A stretch of DNA of 64,000 nt, taken from positions 35,594,401-35,658,400 of the forward strand of contig CM120641.1 in assembly GCA_051362555.1 (NCBI GenBank), given 5' to 3'. The notes below the pieces were generated by a model. That model ran no database searches. It saw nothing but the letters and a program-made list of their open reading frames with translations, and was not told the origin of the DNA. Positions 53,209 to 64,000 of the stretch are shown here, in pieces (the first letter of the stretch is position 1; the number at the start of each line of letters is the position of its first letter). A program made the position numbers and the translations under genes. Source of the DNA: Lingula anatina (Eukaryota > Animalia > Brachiopoda).

Positions 53209-54883
53209 GGTATAAAAACTAGATTAAATTACTTTACAGTGATTTAGTGATTTATTACAGTGGCGCGATAGGTGAGGGAAAATTTCATTTGCGACCCTGA
53301 ACCTAGCATGTTCCGTGGTGATAGCAGCGTTTAAGTGCTGTGTCAACAATTTCCCATATTGTACAGGGGTTCCCACCTGGCAAAGGCAAACATCGCACAG
53401 CGTGCACGTGTTAACAAGCTCACAACTTTAAAGCAATTCTGTCCCAATTAATCCCTCAATGTGTGCGCCGAGTCAACACCGGCCATTCACACGCACACGC
53501 ATGTAACTTTACATGATCGATCCCTCCCAGCGTTTCCCAGATTCTACTGCACACAGCGAAAACTAATCTTTTCAATTTCTTTTCTGCCACCTGTGCGGTT
53601 TAGATTGAATGAATACAGGTAAAGACGGCTAGGAATCGATATTACTGTGGGTGAATAGGGGACAGGTGGTGAGCTTTCACAGCAGACGACCATTAGATTG
53701 AGCGAAAACAATACTTTGGTACCGGAAACTGTGTTACCTTGGCAACCAATACAAGTCTCACCTGTCACTCTATAGTCTGTTGATTCTCTGCGTTAATAAG
53801 GGCGTGCACCGTATTGAAAGCATATGAACCGTTATTATTTTTTTTTTATCAAAAAAGAACAGCAACAAAGGCAATCCTTCTCGACACGAATATCCTTTTT
53901 TCAACCCAGGTGTGTTAACTGAAGTTCGACCCCACCCATCAACCCAAGTGAAGAAAAACGAGCTAACGCCCAACGTCATCATTACATAAAGGGACATTAA
54001 TTAAAATTTAATAAATTATAGTTAATAACATACGAATGGTTATTTGTACGTAGAAGTTTGAGAACCGAGCACCATATTTTGGCGGCAAATGTGACATTTT
54101 CAAAATAAGTATCAGTAAAATTACTATCTGACGGCAGGGTCCGCCAGTAGTCTGTTACTAAATTATTGTATCAGAAAAACTATAATTTCGTTTGCTATTT
54201 TAGAGACCCTCTGTGATATCAGACGGTCCAGTAAAATGTAGACACTGCTTTTAGTAGGCAAGTTGTACGCCGGTGCGACTTTCGTTTCTACATCAATTAA
54301 ACACGCGCACATTACTGATAGGGGGATATTCCTATAAAAGTAAACATTTTTTCCAGTAAAAGCCGACATTTCTTTCAAAAATTGTGACGGTAGTCATTCA
54401 TAAATGGCAACTGCTGTAAAAAAACGTCAGACAATAGTGTCTACGTTGACAATTGCATCAGCACAACGAGATTTACTTTTCAGTTGTTTTTATTGAACAC
54501 AGAACAACATCGAGGCAGACGTTATATGCAACTGAAACATATATTTACGTTAATTTTTTCATCTATTTTTCCTTCTTTGACAAAATAGCAACAGCGAGCT
54601 CCAGTGTGAAATGTGTTAGGTGTGACAATACAAGTTGAGAAAGAACGTGTTGTCGTTGCGTTATCGTTATAATCACAATTTCTGTTTAAACAATTTCGAC
54701 CATGATAGCATATCTCAATATCAATAACTGAATAAATAAAAAAAAGTTATGATATAGCGCAATATAGCATGTGCGTTTGGGGTAATATTCATACTGAAAT
54801 GATGCCAACATTGATCAATGTAAACAAAAGCATAGCAGGACACAAACTCTGAATCTTCCTGTATCGTGGAAGACTACACTCTG

Positions 54884-57800
54884 TTACAGCACATGACGAC
54901 ACACTGGACATGTCCCAGACTGAAAAGACAAAAAAAAAAAAAAAAAAAAAAAAATTCATAATTAGGATAGTGTAAGGAATAACCAAGTGTTGCATTCTAA
55001 ACATATCAGCGCATTATATTCAGGGCATTTTAAGCATGTTTTGGTGCAATGCATAATGTGTTTGAAAAGTGTGCTGCAGAACTACCGGTATAACTGTGGT
55101 AGTGTGCATTTTTGTAAGACTAAATGGTTTTGTTTGATATCTGCACAAAAGACAAGTTATACACTTGTGTAAGGTATGCTGGAGTACTTGTCTTATTACA
55201 GATGTGTGAGCATGTCTGTGCATGCATGAACATGCATGCGCGTATGTGTACATGCCTGTTGGATGGTATTTTGATTTACCTTGATCAACCAGGCTTGAAT
55301 ACAAAGAGGATGGAAGATATGCAAGCAAGGGAGCTGGGAGGCCTTTTCCCTATAGTTGTAATTGTTTAAACAAATGGGACACTGTGACTCATTCTCTGTA
55401 ATGGAAAAAACGTCATACACATAAAGCAGTAAATCTTTACTTAAAGGAAAATTTTAAAAATAATCTTACTTTTTATTAAATTAAATGAAGGAGCATGACA
55501 ACTGACATGGCAGTTTAATTAAGAAAATATAACACCCCTATCAGAGAGTTTATTTTTTTACAAAGAGACAAACTAAATGGTAAGAATGTCCGATAGGACT
55601 ATAAAGTGTAAATCAGTCAGTTGCATAGATGACTTAAATAAATATATATTTTGACGATGGTGTACCAGTCTTTTCAAAAGAGACATCGAGGTTCTTTTTT
55701 CTATTTACATAATAAATACAGCTTGGGGAATAAGTTATCTAGTACTTTTACAGTTGTGTGAGTAACTTTACCTATGAGATCCTGGCCTATATCTACTTGA
55801 GGTAGATTATTAATGGCCTGCTGATCTGCTGGAGGTGGTGCTGTGTTATTCATAAGATCTGGGTGAACAGACAACATCTGCAGGATTACATTCTGAAAAA
55901 AATGACAGCTTACATTGAAACTGATCTGACATCTTCGATACAGCTTTTTAGGGCACTGTGGTGGTGCATTTAAAATTTTTCTGGGATCTTAAAGTCATAA
56001 TAACTCTTCATTTTGGCCAAAAATTGGATTTTCCTGGAGTAAACGGCAATTTTCCCGTACTTACCAATGGTCAGCGACCCCATTCCTGCATTCAAAGTTA
56101 ATCCAGGGTTTTTTTCCTAAACGTACGGTTTTTTGTTAAAATCTCTTAAGAGCTCTCTCTGACATCGCATAGTCACTGTTGACCTACTTAAAACCGCGGG
56201 AAAAGCAGACAACAACAACACTATATAAGATTCATGAGATATATTCGTCTTTTTGTTAAAAATGCATTAATATCCACAATGTGTGCCGTTCTGGGCTTTT
56301 TGTTATCCGACGCACTGTACAAAAACTCGCAACTTACGTCTGCGTCCGCATTAATGCGTTTGGCGCCATATGTTATTTTGGTCTCGAATGAACGCGAGAA
56401 TCCGCGTGACACCATTACGTCATTAGCAACGAATGCCTTGATGAAAGCTTTGAAAGCCCTATTGACAAGCACAGATTTTAGTTTTACTACAATAACGGCC
56501 GTTTTAGTGGTAAAATACAATAGAATATATTTCCATGCGTTGTTTACAATGTATTTCATGCGGAATTTTGAATCTCAAAGGAAGAGTTATTATTGCTTTA
56601 ATGACATTTTAAAAGGTCTAGAGAATGCCTTGGCTTGGTCTTACGGACGACACATGTAACTATGACGACACCATGACAACTTAACTCTGATGCCTTCATG
56701 ATGTCTTCCAAGGGTACTGTGATGCTGGATGAAATCAGGATGTCTTCTATATGTCTTAATGAAGTTTCTCATATAACTGGAGAACATCCTGATATCAGGC
56801 TTGCTTAGTCTTTACATCAAGATGGTCTCCAGATATCTTAAAGACACAATCATTTTGTAAAGCCTCTAAGAGGGGCAATAAGAACATCTTCCATGCCAGA
56901 AGTGTTCATGACCTAGACCAGTGGTTGACCGGTCAGTATTGTGCAGGATGTCCAACAATGAGTGAGTTGTGTCAGTGTGTGTATTGCATTACCTGGAACA
57001 TTGCCTCCAGGATATCTCTGCGTACTGTCTGACCAAACAGAAGCCACTCCAAAGGACTAGGCATTTCAACTGGAATTCCAGGATCAAGTGCATCTCTGCA
57101 ATAAAAAAAAATATATATATATCAATACTAAATGCATCTTATAAAAAAAACTGAGCTGAAAAAAGAAAGAATGAGTATAGTTATTGCAGGCATTCACATC
57201 AAACTTGTCAGACCCTACACAAAAGAAGAGCAGTCTAATCCATTGATGGTCTCCCTGCCTCCATTAAAAGGATTAAAGCATGGCTCTGAAGTTTAATTGC
57301 TAGATCCCTGCAAAGACGGCACATATGAAGGTGGGGAGACCATCGGTGGATTAGTTGGATCTTCTTTCATGTAGGGTCCACCATTTTTGATCTGCGAATC
57401 AGTAGATCCCAGGATCATCTGTTGTGAATGTGTGTCTGTCATACAATAATATATCTTTTTTGAAAGTAAGGAGCATAACTTGATTCTAACTTCTATCAGT
57501 GTCACAATCAAACAATCCACTTATACTAACATCAACAAAATATTAAGATAATCTGTTTAAACCATGAAAAAAAAAAGGTTAGACAGTGAGGAAAAGACTG
57601 TATTTGAAATGTCTTCACTTAGCTATCTTAAACGGGGACTTACTCCAAATCTGTTCCTCTTGCTTCTGCCAAGATATTCCATCTGTATTCATCTTCAGTT
57701 TCATCTTCAACTGTCAACCACTGTCTATCTAAAATTCAATAAAACTGGCTTGTGACTGTCTTTACTTTGGAAATGGGTATGTACTCAGTTCTTTTATTTC

Positions 57801-60800
57801 AATTGTCATGTTACTTTAACATAGTTGTATGCGCAAGTCGGCAATGACAGTGCCATTTTATGATATAAAATTTACCTCTGTGTGTTCTAGAAAATCTACA
57901 TGAGGCACAATCACACTCAAACTCATCATCAGCATCATTTTCAGTGCTATCACTGCTGGTGCTGTCCTCTATTGGAGGGTTATACAAACTAGCCGCACTA
58001 AATGTTGACTGTTCTAGATCTGTGGAACTCTGAAAAAAACAAAAGACATTGTATGGGATAAAAAGGTAAATTTTTCACCAACAACTGGGAAATAAAACAT
58101 AAATATATATATATAATACTGACAATTTGTCAAAAACCAATCAAATATGCATAGCATAAAATAGGACACATCTACCAGACAATGGCAGTTTATTAGAAAT
58201 TATATATCAACATAATAAATGACAATACTGTCCAGATCAGTAATTTACAAAAATATAATGCACTGACTTCAATATGTCAGTAAGTTGATGCACTCCTCCC
58301 CCCAACATACACAAACCTTTGCCCTTTGATATCCTGTTAATCCCTATACCAGGTTAAGCCATCATCTAAAAAAGGGGGCTATAAAGGAAATTGCATGTGG
58401 GGAATGCATCAAGCATCTGCTTCTTGAAAGGAAGTGTTTTTGCCCCTTTTTTTTAAAATCTGATCTGAATGCAGTTTATTTAGTACATTACATGTAGGTA
58501 TGAAACTTTGAGTGTCTTAGGTATGATACTAACGCTGTCTGAAATGACTAGAGGCGGTGGGGAAATCCTGCCTGACAAGTTGCCATGTTGGTTTAAACTG
58601 ACATCACTGGAACACTGAGCGTGTGTGGATGTAATGTCGCTTTCATAGCTGTGATCTGTCAACGCTGGCATACTGCAAGCTGAAGAACTACTCACACTTC
58701 CAACTTCTGATGAGATATCTATCAATTCTGGGACTAAAAATGGATAAAAATATTGACAATATCAAGACCTTATTCAAAACAGCTATGGGCTTACAACTGA
58801 AATATTGAAGAATTTTTTTCTTATTTACAATAAACAACACAAACACACAGAACAGCTCTAAAATATTTAGGTTGGTCAACCATTCCAAAAGCAAATGTAT
58901 TAATTTTCATATAAAATTATTTTAAAGCTGACACTGTCTTAAGCTGCACCAAAACATAACAATTTGTTAATAGCATAACTGTAGATTGGTATAAAATATC
59001 AACTCTAACCTCCTCTCTCACTGGATGCGGACGTTGAACTGTCTGACATTAGGGGAGGCACATCATCAAGGCACCAATCTTGATACAAAGTGTCCACCCA
59101 GGGGTTGCTATGAATGTTGCTAGGATAGTTGCCAAGTTGATTGCTAGTTGCATGACTACTGGGGCCAGGCCTCCAATTTGGATTGTTTAGGGAAAATTCC
59201 CCATTTCTGGAATGACACTTTGGCATCACCTTGTCTTGGAGATAATTTGTTTTCATTTTGCTGCTTGTCTTTTTCACCTTAGAAGAAAGCAAAGCAGTAT
59301 TTTCATAGTCATTGTGTCTACCATCACTTTCACTGGAACTAACCAAAACATCAGGTCCACAGAGAGAAGACACTTGGTTCAGATCTACAGGTGGCTCTTT
59401 GTGCCTTTTGTTAAAAGTTTGGGAAATTCCTTTTTCTAAATGTTTCAGTGGTTTCTTCTTTTTTCTCTGAGTCTTGGAATGTTGTAACGCAGGCTCCTTT
59501 TCTACTGGAAAAGTTAGAACTTCTGAACCAGAATGCAAATTAGGAGTAACATTATAACTCCTACTAGCACCTACATTTGGAATAAAAGAACTTTTACAAG
59601 GAGCAACATGCTGTTTTGTAGTAGCACCCATCGAACTGGTAACTGGAGCCTCATGAGCAGTTTTTAAAGATGGGGAAAAATGATTTTCATTGTTTTTCTT
59701 TTGCACATGTTTTGGCACTCTTGGAAGTTTGTTTTTCTTTGCATGTAGCAGCTTGTGATTCTTTTCTACTAATTTTTCTCTGTCAATATCTGAACTTTCA
59801 CTGGAGCGATCTAAGTTTCCCACCAAACCATCTACAGATGGAGGAATTTTTAATATGCTACTTTCTGACTTACTGCCTTTTGGCATTGACTTTTTGCTCT
59901 TATGCTGTCTTTTAACTGCTGTGCTTGGCCAATTGGCATCTCTATTTTCCTCATCTGAATGCACCAGGCTGTCTGATGTCCTACCCTCACTTGAACCTTG
60001 ACTTGTTTTGGCCCGCACTAAAGCGAGAGCATTTTTTACTGTAAACTGCCCATTTTTGCCATCTGGTGGTGATTCCCTAGTCCTTTCCCTAACTTTCTGT
60101 AAAACTTTGGCTGCAGTAGCATTTTTCAAAACAGGGAATCTGGCCATAGCACCATTAACTGAAGACTTTTCCTCAATCTTTCTTGGCTCAGAAGCTAGAC
60201 TATCTTGTAGCATCAAATTCATGGGGTCTTCCTCCTTTTCTCTATCATCCAAACTGTTTTTACTGTTTGACATTTTCATCCCGACTTGATTTAAAACATC
60301 TTTAAGAACAGCTCCAGCCTCACGCCATTTCTTAAGTTTGGTCCTTTCATCAGTTGTGTCAGACTCTTCATCCTCATTAATACTAGGAGCTTTTTGAAAA
60401 TCCCCATTAAAATGGGTTAGATGAGGCAGGGAGACATTATTGTCTTCTGTCACATTCTGTGGCAGTTTTGGCCTAGCACCCCTATGGACATATTCTAGGT
60501 GTGCTTGGGAATACTCCTTTACATTAGGTGGAAGACATCCATCACATTCCTGACCTGATAAAGGCAAGGTATTGGGCACGTCTTCATCGAATGTATTTTC
60601 ATTCAGCTCTGTCATTCTCTTTGGACCTTGTAAACTCTGTGCAAGGTGTGGCATAGAATTTGCCTCGCCTCCATTCAATGTTTGAAAGTGTTTGACAAGC
60701 GCTTTGTTGGACCTGTTTTTGGAACTGCATGAGGCATCCTTCACACAATTTTCATCTGATGCGGTTACTGTTACTGGGTCACTTTCCTCTGATGTCACTG

Positions 60801-60891
60801 GGACTGTGTCACTTTCTTCTGGTGTTAATGTGAGTGGGTCACTTTCATCCGATGTAGCTTTTTCAGCATTGGCACTTGAGGTGGTTCCCAT
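54884..60891 (-). CDS. PJA2: Praja-like RING-H2 E3 ubiquitin ligase with a long disordered N-terminus
   Basis: Exons 60891-59010, 58733-58534, 58029-57876, 57728-57644, 57095-56993, 55892-55772 (PPPADQQAINNLP), 55395-55280 (CPIC...LPCLHIFHPLCIQAWLIK), 54919-54884 (SGTCPVCRHVL*). Phase-consistent. The C-terminus matches the Praja/RNF126 group; SGTCPVCR and the giant first coding exon favour Praja. Confidence 0.8.
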
Positions 60892-61926
60892 GATGCAACT
60901 GGACAAGTATGTCCTTATCTAAAATGTAAAACAATAAATCATACATCAAACAAAATACTACTAGATCAGTAAGCATCTGTCATAAACAATGCATCTTTAA
61001 AAACTAAAGGTATACTGCAGTCATGACAATGTCTAATTTATGTTTCCCTTGGTTGCAAAGTTTCTTTTATCATATGTACATATTCATAAGCAAGAAAACC
61101 TAAACTTAACTTGACAGAGCAATCTTGACAGAGCTATCAGAGCAATCTCACCAACAAAAGCTTTGAGAGAAACTTCGGGGTCCAGACATGAAACACTGTT
61201 TTAGATCTGTATATCTGAACATGTATAATGGGATAAAACACTTAATCTTGACCCTTGAGAATTGAATTAACAATCTCAGAATTCTGTGATTCTGCACAAA
61301 AAGCTAATGTTGGTTGTAATGTCTGGGGCCTTTGAGTGCAAAAGGGTTCAAACTCTACATGCGCCTTGAACCAGATTACATCTCTGCTCTGAGGTTTAAT
61401 TGCTAGGCCCCTGCAGCTAGCGACGGCGCATGTGGAGGCAGGGAGCATCAGGAATAAGCGGCATCCCTTTTGACCTATGGTTGGCCATATTTTGTTGAAG
61501 GATCAGTAAGCACAAGGATCATCCATTCTGAATGGGGCCTAACAGGTTTAAATCAGAATACCTCGTCCTGGCATCTAGGCATGGAATTTGGCATAAGGAA
61601 CTGTAACTGTTAGTCACGCTCGGCTGTCACCTTGATTGGATAGTAAACGGTTGTCGTAAAATCGCTAAATGATATTAAAACCCGGTGCATAAACTTGAAA
61701 ACCACCTAGGACAACCTTTCACTGCCACATTAATCCAATACAATGCAAAAATAAACTATAACAAGTGGTTAAAGCCTTCAAACCGAATGTCGTAAAGTCC
61801 CCATATACCTCCATAGAGACAATAAAATAGAGTCAGCTTGTGAAACAAGAAGCCACAATTTTAAACATAATAATCGAAATAAAATACTGCCGGGCATCGG
61901 AGCGGCCTAAAACTTGGCACGCTTAC

Positions 61927-62110
61927 CGCAAATACTGCAGGCTACATCATCCTGTCGCTCGTTTGTAAATTCCGTGCATCAATCAAACCGTAAATCAAAA
62001 TTCCACCTCTGATGTTTATATTGATCCTCTCTAACCTACCATTTCGAAAAAGAAGCTATGCCATTGGACAATGCGACCTCTGCGGTTACGTCATTTCCTG
62101 AATTGGATTG
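61927..62110 (-). promoter_or_regulatory. Putative non-coding first exon and core promoter of the Praja-like gene
   Basis: Minus-strand donor GCG|GTAAGC at 61926. CpG-rich. TTACGTCA (CRE-like) next to TTTCCTG (ETS-like) at about 62086-62100, with ATTGG boxes on either side. Confidence 0.5.
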
Positions 62111-62177
62111 TAGAGAGGACCGATATAAACATCAGAGGTGGAATTTTGATTTACGGTTTGATTGATGAAATAGTCAA

Positions 62178-62322
62178 TAGTCCGAAGGTTCATTGGTCCG
62201 AATATTCACTATAGAACCTTCGGACCAATGAACCCTTGATTAAAAAATCGATGAAAATGTTACCACTTTTCGGACCAATGAACCTTCGGACCTTCGGACC
62301 AATGAACCTATCGAGACGCCCC
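62178..62322. mobile_element. Fragment of a MITE-like element built of TTCGGACCAATGAAC subrepeats
   Basis: Three direct copies of TTCGGACCAATGAAC plus one inverted copy (GTTCATTGGTCCGAA), ending ...TCGAGACGCCCC. Confidence 0.55.
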
Positions 62323-63644
62323 TGGATTAATGTGGCAGTGTAAGGTTGTCCTAGGTGGTTTTCAAGTTTATGCACCGGGTTTTAATATCATTTAGCGATT
62401 TTACGACAACCGTTTACAATCCAATCAAGGTGACAGCCGAGCTTGCTGTTAGTGTTAGGATACACAGAGCTTAATGTTTTTCTTGCAATATGAGGAATTG
62501 ACCTTGTTTGATGCCTACTTCAACAGCATAAATATATTATGTCTATTTCATACTTATCATACAAAGGTATCTTTTCATTTACAGAAAGTAAGGTTTAGTC
62601 TAAGGTCCTAAAAAGAGTAAGTCACAAAATTCAGGTTGTGGTTTTTTAAACTATACACAATTGATATTTAAAAACCTTATTAATTAAGGATTGTAGCAAA
62701 ACAGTATTGAAATACTTGCCCTTCAATTTTTCATTAATTTAAATATCGTTCTTGCATCGAAATTATCTTGCCAGGGTAGCACCTTCTTTTTGTCGAGTTA
62801 CCAATATATTTTCATGTAGTTTCGAACTTTTATGTTTTGTACGTATAGGCTGTTTATTATGTTCAATCCATATAAAAAGCATGTTTATAAAAATAATTGT
62901 TATAAAGCTGTTTGTATAAAAACCATAAGCCGAAATAATTGCATACCCTAATTCTAAACTAAATCTGTTTAAGAAAGTGACTCTGCTTAATTTGTTGTAG
63001 CTGCGAAGACAACACGAGTGGTGTGATGTTACAAGTAATCAAAACATGAGTTCTAATTGTTATATGGAATAGTTACTAACATCCAGGTAGGTGTTATCTT
63101 GTCGAAATGACACATTGTATTAGTATAATTAATAGGATAGACCACGACCGACAGTCAAGGAGCATTTTAGTAGATTATCAAAATGTCAATACTGCACGTA
63201 CAGTGTACGTAGCAGTGGCAACCATTTCTCGCACTGCCACTGCCATTGCATTGGAACCTTTAGACTCGGCCAGGAAATTTCAACATCCTTTCGTTAAAAT
63301 GGAAATATCAGCAGCATGGCAAGGCTTTCTACATTTATATCTTGCTGCTTGAAGGGCAATTTGTAACTTGAGGGCATTGGCATTATTGATCGAATATGTG
63401 GAACAGTATAGTATTCCTAGTTATTAAAAGTAAAGGCCATAAATTGTGGCATGGACTCAGAACCTTTCTCAATAAACCTGACATCTCATATCTCATAGTC
63501 AAGCATGATTAATATCACTACAGCTTGAGTTATATTATTTTACCTTTCAGCATGTTTCACTATCCTGAATCCATTCAAGGGACAGAAATGTGAGTCTGTG
63601 TTCAACATCTCTACAGCTTGAGTAATATTCTTTTACCTTTCAGA

Positions 63645-63806
63645 ATGTTTCGCTCTCCTGATCCATTTAAGGGACAGAAATATGAGTCTATAAAGAAGGA
63701 TTGTATAAAGAGGGGACAGCCATTTGTAGATCCAGAGTTTCAACCCAACAACAAGTCATTATTTTACAGTAAAGTGGACAGTGACATTGAATGGAAAAGA
63801 CCTGGT
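63645..63806 (+). CDS. CAPN5: First coding exon of a calpain (calpain-5/TRA-3-like); the gene continues beyond the window
   Basis: MFRSPDPFKGQKYESIKKDCIKRGQPFVDPEFQPNNKSLFYSKVDSDIEWKRPG is the start of the CysPc domain (F.DP.F...SL...W.RP). The very short N-terminus resembles CAPN5. Acceptor ttacctttcag at 63643, donor GTAAGT at 63807. Confidence 0.8.
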
Positions 63807-64000
63807 GTAAGTAATGTTCACAAACTTATGTCTTCTTTTTTTTGTATATAAAATGTATTCTCTGAGCACTGTATGTAACTTACTTGTATTTGATGGTAAG
63901 TATAAGATTGTAACTATTGAGGTTTATTTTCTGGTACAGAAATAACAGTTGTAATAAAATGTGCAATGCAGTGCAATACACACACGCACACACACACACA

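Noticed and set aside
57293-57420. Exon-like ORF (MILGSTDSQ...) behind a minus-strand acceptor
   Set aside because: Its phase does not fit the flanking Praja-like exons, it has no good donor, and 57644 joins 57095 cleanly without it.
57876-57930. FFAT-like EFEDALD formed by an internal GTGTGA donor
   Set aside because: The stronger donor at 57875 plus exon 57728-57644 gives a consistent model, so the motif needs an unsupported splice.
62178-62322. CRISPR-like repeat/spacer pattern
   Set aside because: Irregular spacing, an inverted copy, eukaryotic context and no cas genes. It is a transposon subrepeat.

Overview
AT-rich, intron-rich eukaryotic DNA from an invertebrate animal. A lophotrochozoan such as a mollusc is plausible, but the species cannot be fixed from the sequence. 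Seven genes could be assembled by hand: an intronless ELOVL3/6-type fatty-acid elongase (+), a Cdc1/MPPE-like metallophosphoesterase (-, 8 coding exons, one GC-AG intron), calcineurin A (-, 13 core exons), a PhzF/PBLD-like gene (+, 9 exons), an intronless ATOH8/Net bHLH gene (-), a Praja-like RING-H2 ligase (-) and the first coding exon of a calpain-5-like gene (+). Most short ORFs in the track are noise. Best leads: (1) an intact pair of duplicated, diverged 89-nt exons in PBLD that must be mutually exclusive; (2) a hidden in-frame exon in calcineurin intron 10 encoding an MLCK-like 1-8-14 calmodulin-binding motif and removing the autoinhibitory domain, plus a 33-nt cassette microexon; (3) a 3.7-kb foldback element with ~0.8-kb TIRs inside the GC-AG intron; (4) three different CAGG-ended MITEs with 5-bp TSDs; (5) a palindromic rearrangement around the promoter between the Praja-like and calpain genes. 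All exon structures and identities were read by eye and need RNA-seq or alignment confirmation.
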